The notes under the pieces: generated by a model | What the model was told of the DNA's origin: nothing | The model's input: the letters and a program-made list of their open reading frames with translations, nothing else | Databases searched by the model: none | NCBI GenBank assembly: GCA_965213925.1 | Contig: OZ243927.1 | Span: forward strand, 2,720,001-2,784,000 | Length of the DNA stretch: 64,000 nucleotides | From: Trueperaceae bacterium | GTDB taxonomy: Bacteria > Deinococcota > Deinococci > Deinococcales > Trueperaceae | Direction of reading: 5' to 3' | Position numbers and translations under genes: made by a program | In this document: piece after piece, positions 62,222-64,000 of the stretch | How positions within the stretch are numbered: position 1 is the stretch's first letter | How the letters are laid out: every line of letters begins with the position of its first letter

Positions 62222-62257
62222 ATGGTTCTAAATTTAGTCACAATGATGACCACCTAG
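62222..62257 (+). CDS. Candidate 11-aa leader peptide MVLNLVTMMTT
   Basis: Strong GAGGAGG RBS 6 nt upstream, in the long leader of the GNAT gene. Confidence 0.35.
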   Translation: MVLNLVTMMTT

Positions 62258-62550
62258 AAGCGTGCGTGTCGCCTTTGCCCCTGCCATTCGGCCCCGAGTA
62301 AAGCTGCGCCACCCACCCTTCACAATTTAGGTCGTTTAAGAGAGCCCGTTAAAGAGGTCGTTCTCGAGTCACGTTTGTAGGAATAACCTCGAGAGGAGCA
62401 CCCTGTACGTTTCGCATCGTCTTGCATTGTCACCTTCCGCAAAAGCGCCGTCATAACTGCAGTCGACGCGCCCTTTCGGAACATTCGTCACGTGCTTAGT
62501 AACCTCTTACTTTTCGTAACACCCGTTGCGCCCATCCTTCGGAGGATGTC

Positions 62551-63519
62551 ATGACCCTTATTACCAGCCCAGACCTCACCGTGCGCCCCTACACCGAGGA
62601 CGATTTCGAACGCATCGCGGCGTTTCACAACCTCGTCGAACCTGACTATCCGACGACAGCCAGCGAGTTGCGCCGCAACAACAGCCTCCGCGACCCTAAG
62701 CTCGACTACAATCTCTTTCTCGCGGAGCGCGGCGGCGACCTCATCGGGACGGCGCGGCACACGCAAGCGTCCGGCTTGTACCATCCGCAGAAGTTCTACG
62801 TGAACATTCACGTTCACCCGGCGCACCGCCGTCAGGGGCTCGGCAGCCGTCTATACGAGCGTCTTATGGACGCGCTGGAGCCCTTCGACCCGGTTCTTCT
62901 GCGCGGAGACGCCAAGGAGGACCGCCCCGACGCCGTGCGCTTCTGGCAGAAGCGAAGCTTTCTCGAGGAGGACCGCTACTGGGAGTCGCGCCTCGACCCG
63001 CAGACCTTCGACTCCGCGCCGTACGCGCACCTAGGCGAAAGGATGCGCAAGCTCGGCGTGAGCATCCAGCCGCTCAGCACGCTCATGGACAAGCATCCCG
63101 ACTACCGGCGCATCCTCTACGACCTCGACTGGGAGGTTACGCAAGACGAACCCCTGCCCGAAACGCCTACGCGAAAAGATTTCGAGGTCTACAAAAAGTA
63201 CTTCGACACGCCCGAATTCATACCGGACGCGCTCCAAGTTGCGCGCTATGGGGGCGCGTGGCGCGGCTTCAGCGAACTCGGCGGCTCGGAAGGGGACGCG
63301 CGACACCTCTACAACGGCTTCACGGCGGTCGGGCGCGAACTGCGCGGGGCGGGCGTCGCGACGGCGCTCAAGGTCAAGAACCTCATCTGGGCGAAGGAGG
63401 GCGGCTACACGGAGATCAAAACCTGGAACAACGCGCGCAACGCGCCTATGCTCGCCGTGAATACGAAGCTCGGCTTCGCGCGCCAGCCCGCTGAGATCAA
63501 CTTCAAGAAGGTGCTCTAG
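62551..63519 (+). CDS. Tandem GNAT acetyltransferase
   Basis: VHPAHRRQGLGSRL and RELRGAGVATALK..TWN..NAPMLAVN.KLGF. Confidence 0.92.
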   Translation: MTLITSPDLTVRPYTEDDFERIAAFHNLVEPDYPTTASELRRNNSLRDPKLDYNLFLAERGGDLIGTARHTQASGLYHPQKFYVNIHVHPAHRRQGLGSRLYERLMDALEPFDPVLLRGDAKEDRPDAVRFWQKRSFLEEDRYWESRLDPQTFDSAPYAHLGERMRKLGVSIQPLSTLMDKHPDYRRILYDLDWEVTQDEPLPETPTRKDFEVYKKYFDTPEFIPDALQVARYGGAWRGFSELGGSEGDARHLYNGFTAVGRELRGAGVATALKVKNLIWAKEGGYTEIKTWNNARNAPMLAVNTKLGFARQPAEINFKKVL

Positions 63520-63604
63520 TGCTCTCTCGCTTTTCCGATGTCACATACAGGCATCGGGAGAGCCACCTTGCGAACGAAACCGAGCACCTGGAAAAGAGTC
63601 ACTA

Positions 63605-64000
63605 CTACCGCGAAAGGTTCAGCGTCTCGAGCCAGAGCCGCTCACCCTGCGGGCTGTACTTGGCGACGAAGCTGAGCTGACCCCTTGAACCAGTTCCATA
63701 GTCGTCTTCCCATATCTGGTTCAAGTAGCCCGTGACGTAGATGTTGCTCGCCTCATCGGTGATGACCGCTCGTGCTTCGTCGAAGTGCTCGGTGCCGAAG
63801 CTGTCCGCCCACTCGAACTGGCCCTCGGGGGTCACGCTCATGACAAAGGCATCTGAAGCGCCTAACTCTGGTCCGCCCAAAGCGCCGTTGCCACTACCGA
63901 CGACGACGCTTCGCTCGATGTCAACCGCTACCGATGAGCCACTATATCCTCGGTTATAGCCAAAGTGCCTAACCCACTGCTGCTCGCCCAAGGTGCTGTA
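63605..64000 (-). CDS. Beta-propeller (SBBP-repeat-like) protein, C-terminal part
   Basis: WVRHFG, VAVD, DAFV, D.ASNIYVTG, FVAKYSPQGERLW; frame is open to the window end. Confidence 0.7.
   Translation of the reverse strand, partial: YSTLGEQQWVRHFGYNRGYSGSSVAVDIERSVVVGSGNGALGGPELGASDAFVMSVTPEGQFEWADSFGTEHFDEARAVITDEASNIYVTGYLNQIWEDDYGTGSRGQLSFVAKYSPQGERLWLETLNLSR

Overview
A 64-kb chromosomal window from a GC-rich bacterium. Gene content, leaderless -10/ATG promoters and Deinococcus-type short repeats point to Deinococcota, probably Trueperaceae (inference). Core and metabolic genes include two divergent glutamine synthetases, a liv-type ABC operon, ddl, tal, asnB, HU, lepA with a two-component pair, iscA, tRNA-Trp, a class II photolyase, an NhaC-family transporter and an ABC-F ATPase. 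The most unusual observation is a family of five AT-rich ~38-45 bp dyad sites (TCAC-N13-GTGA with a polar spacer). Four of them sit in nested +,+,-,- orientation around a tyrosine recombinase that carries an N-terminal sigma70 region-4-like HTH, and two lie between convergent genes, which argues against ordinary promoter operators. This is a candidate site-specific inversion or cassette system, untested. Other observations: nested ~20-66 bp micro-elements inside an IS630 pseudogene and a MITE; a metallophosphoesterase paired with a ParB/DUF4032-like protein; a CDGSH Fe-S protein coupled to a Kef-type antiporter with a UBP zinc finger; and an AT-rich peptide/cysteine-protease/lipoprotein operon. 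No CRISPR array or rRNA was seen. All protein calls come from motif recognition by eye, not database searches.
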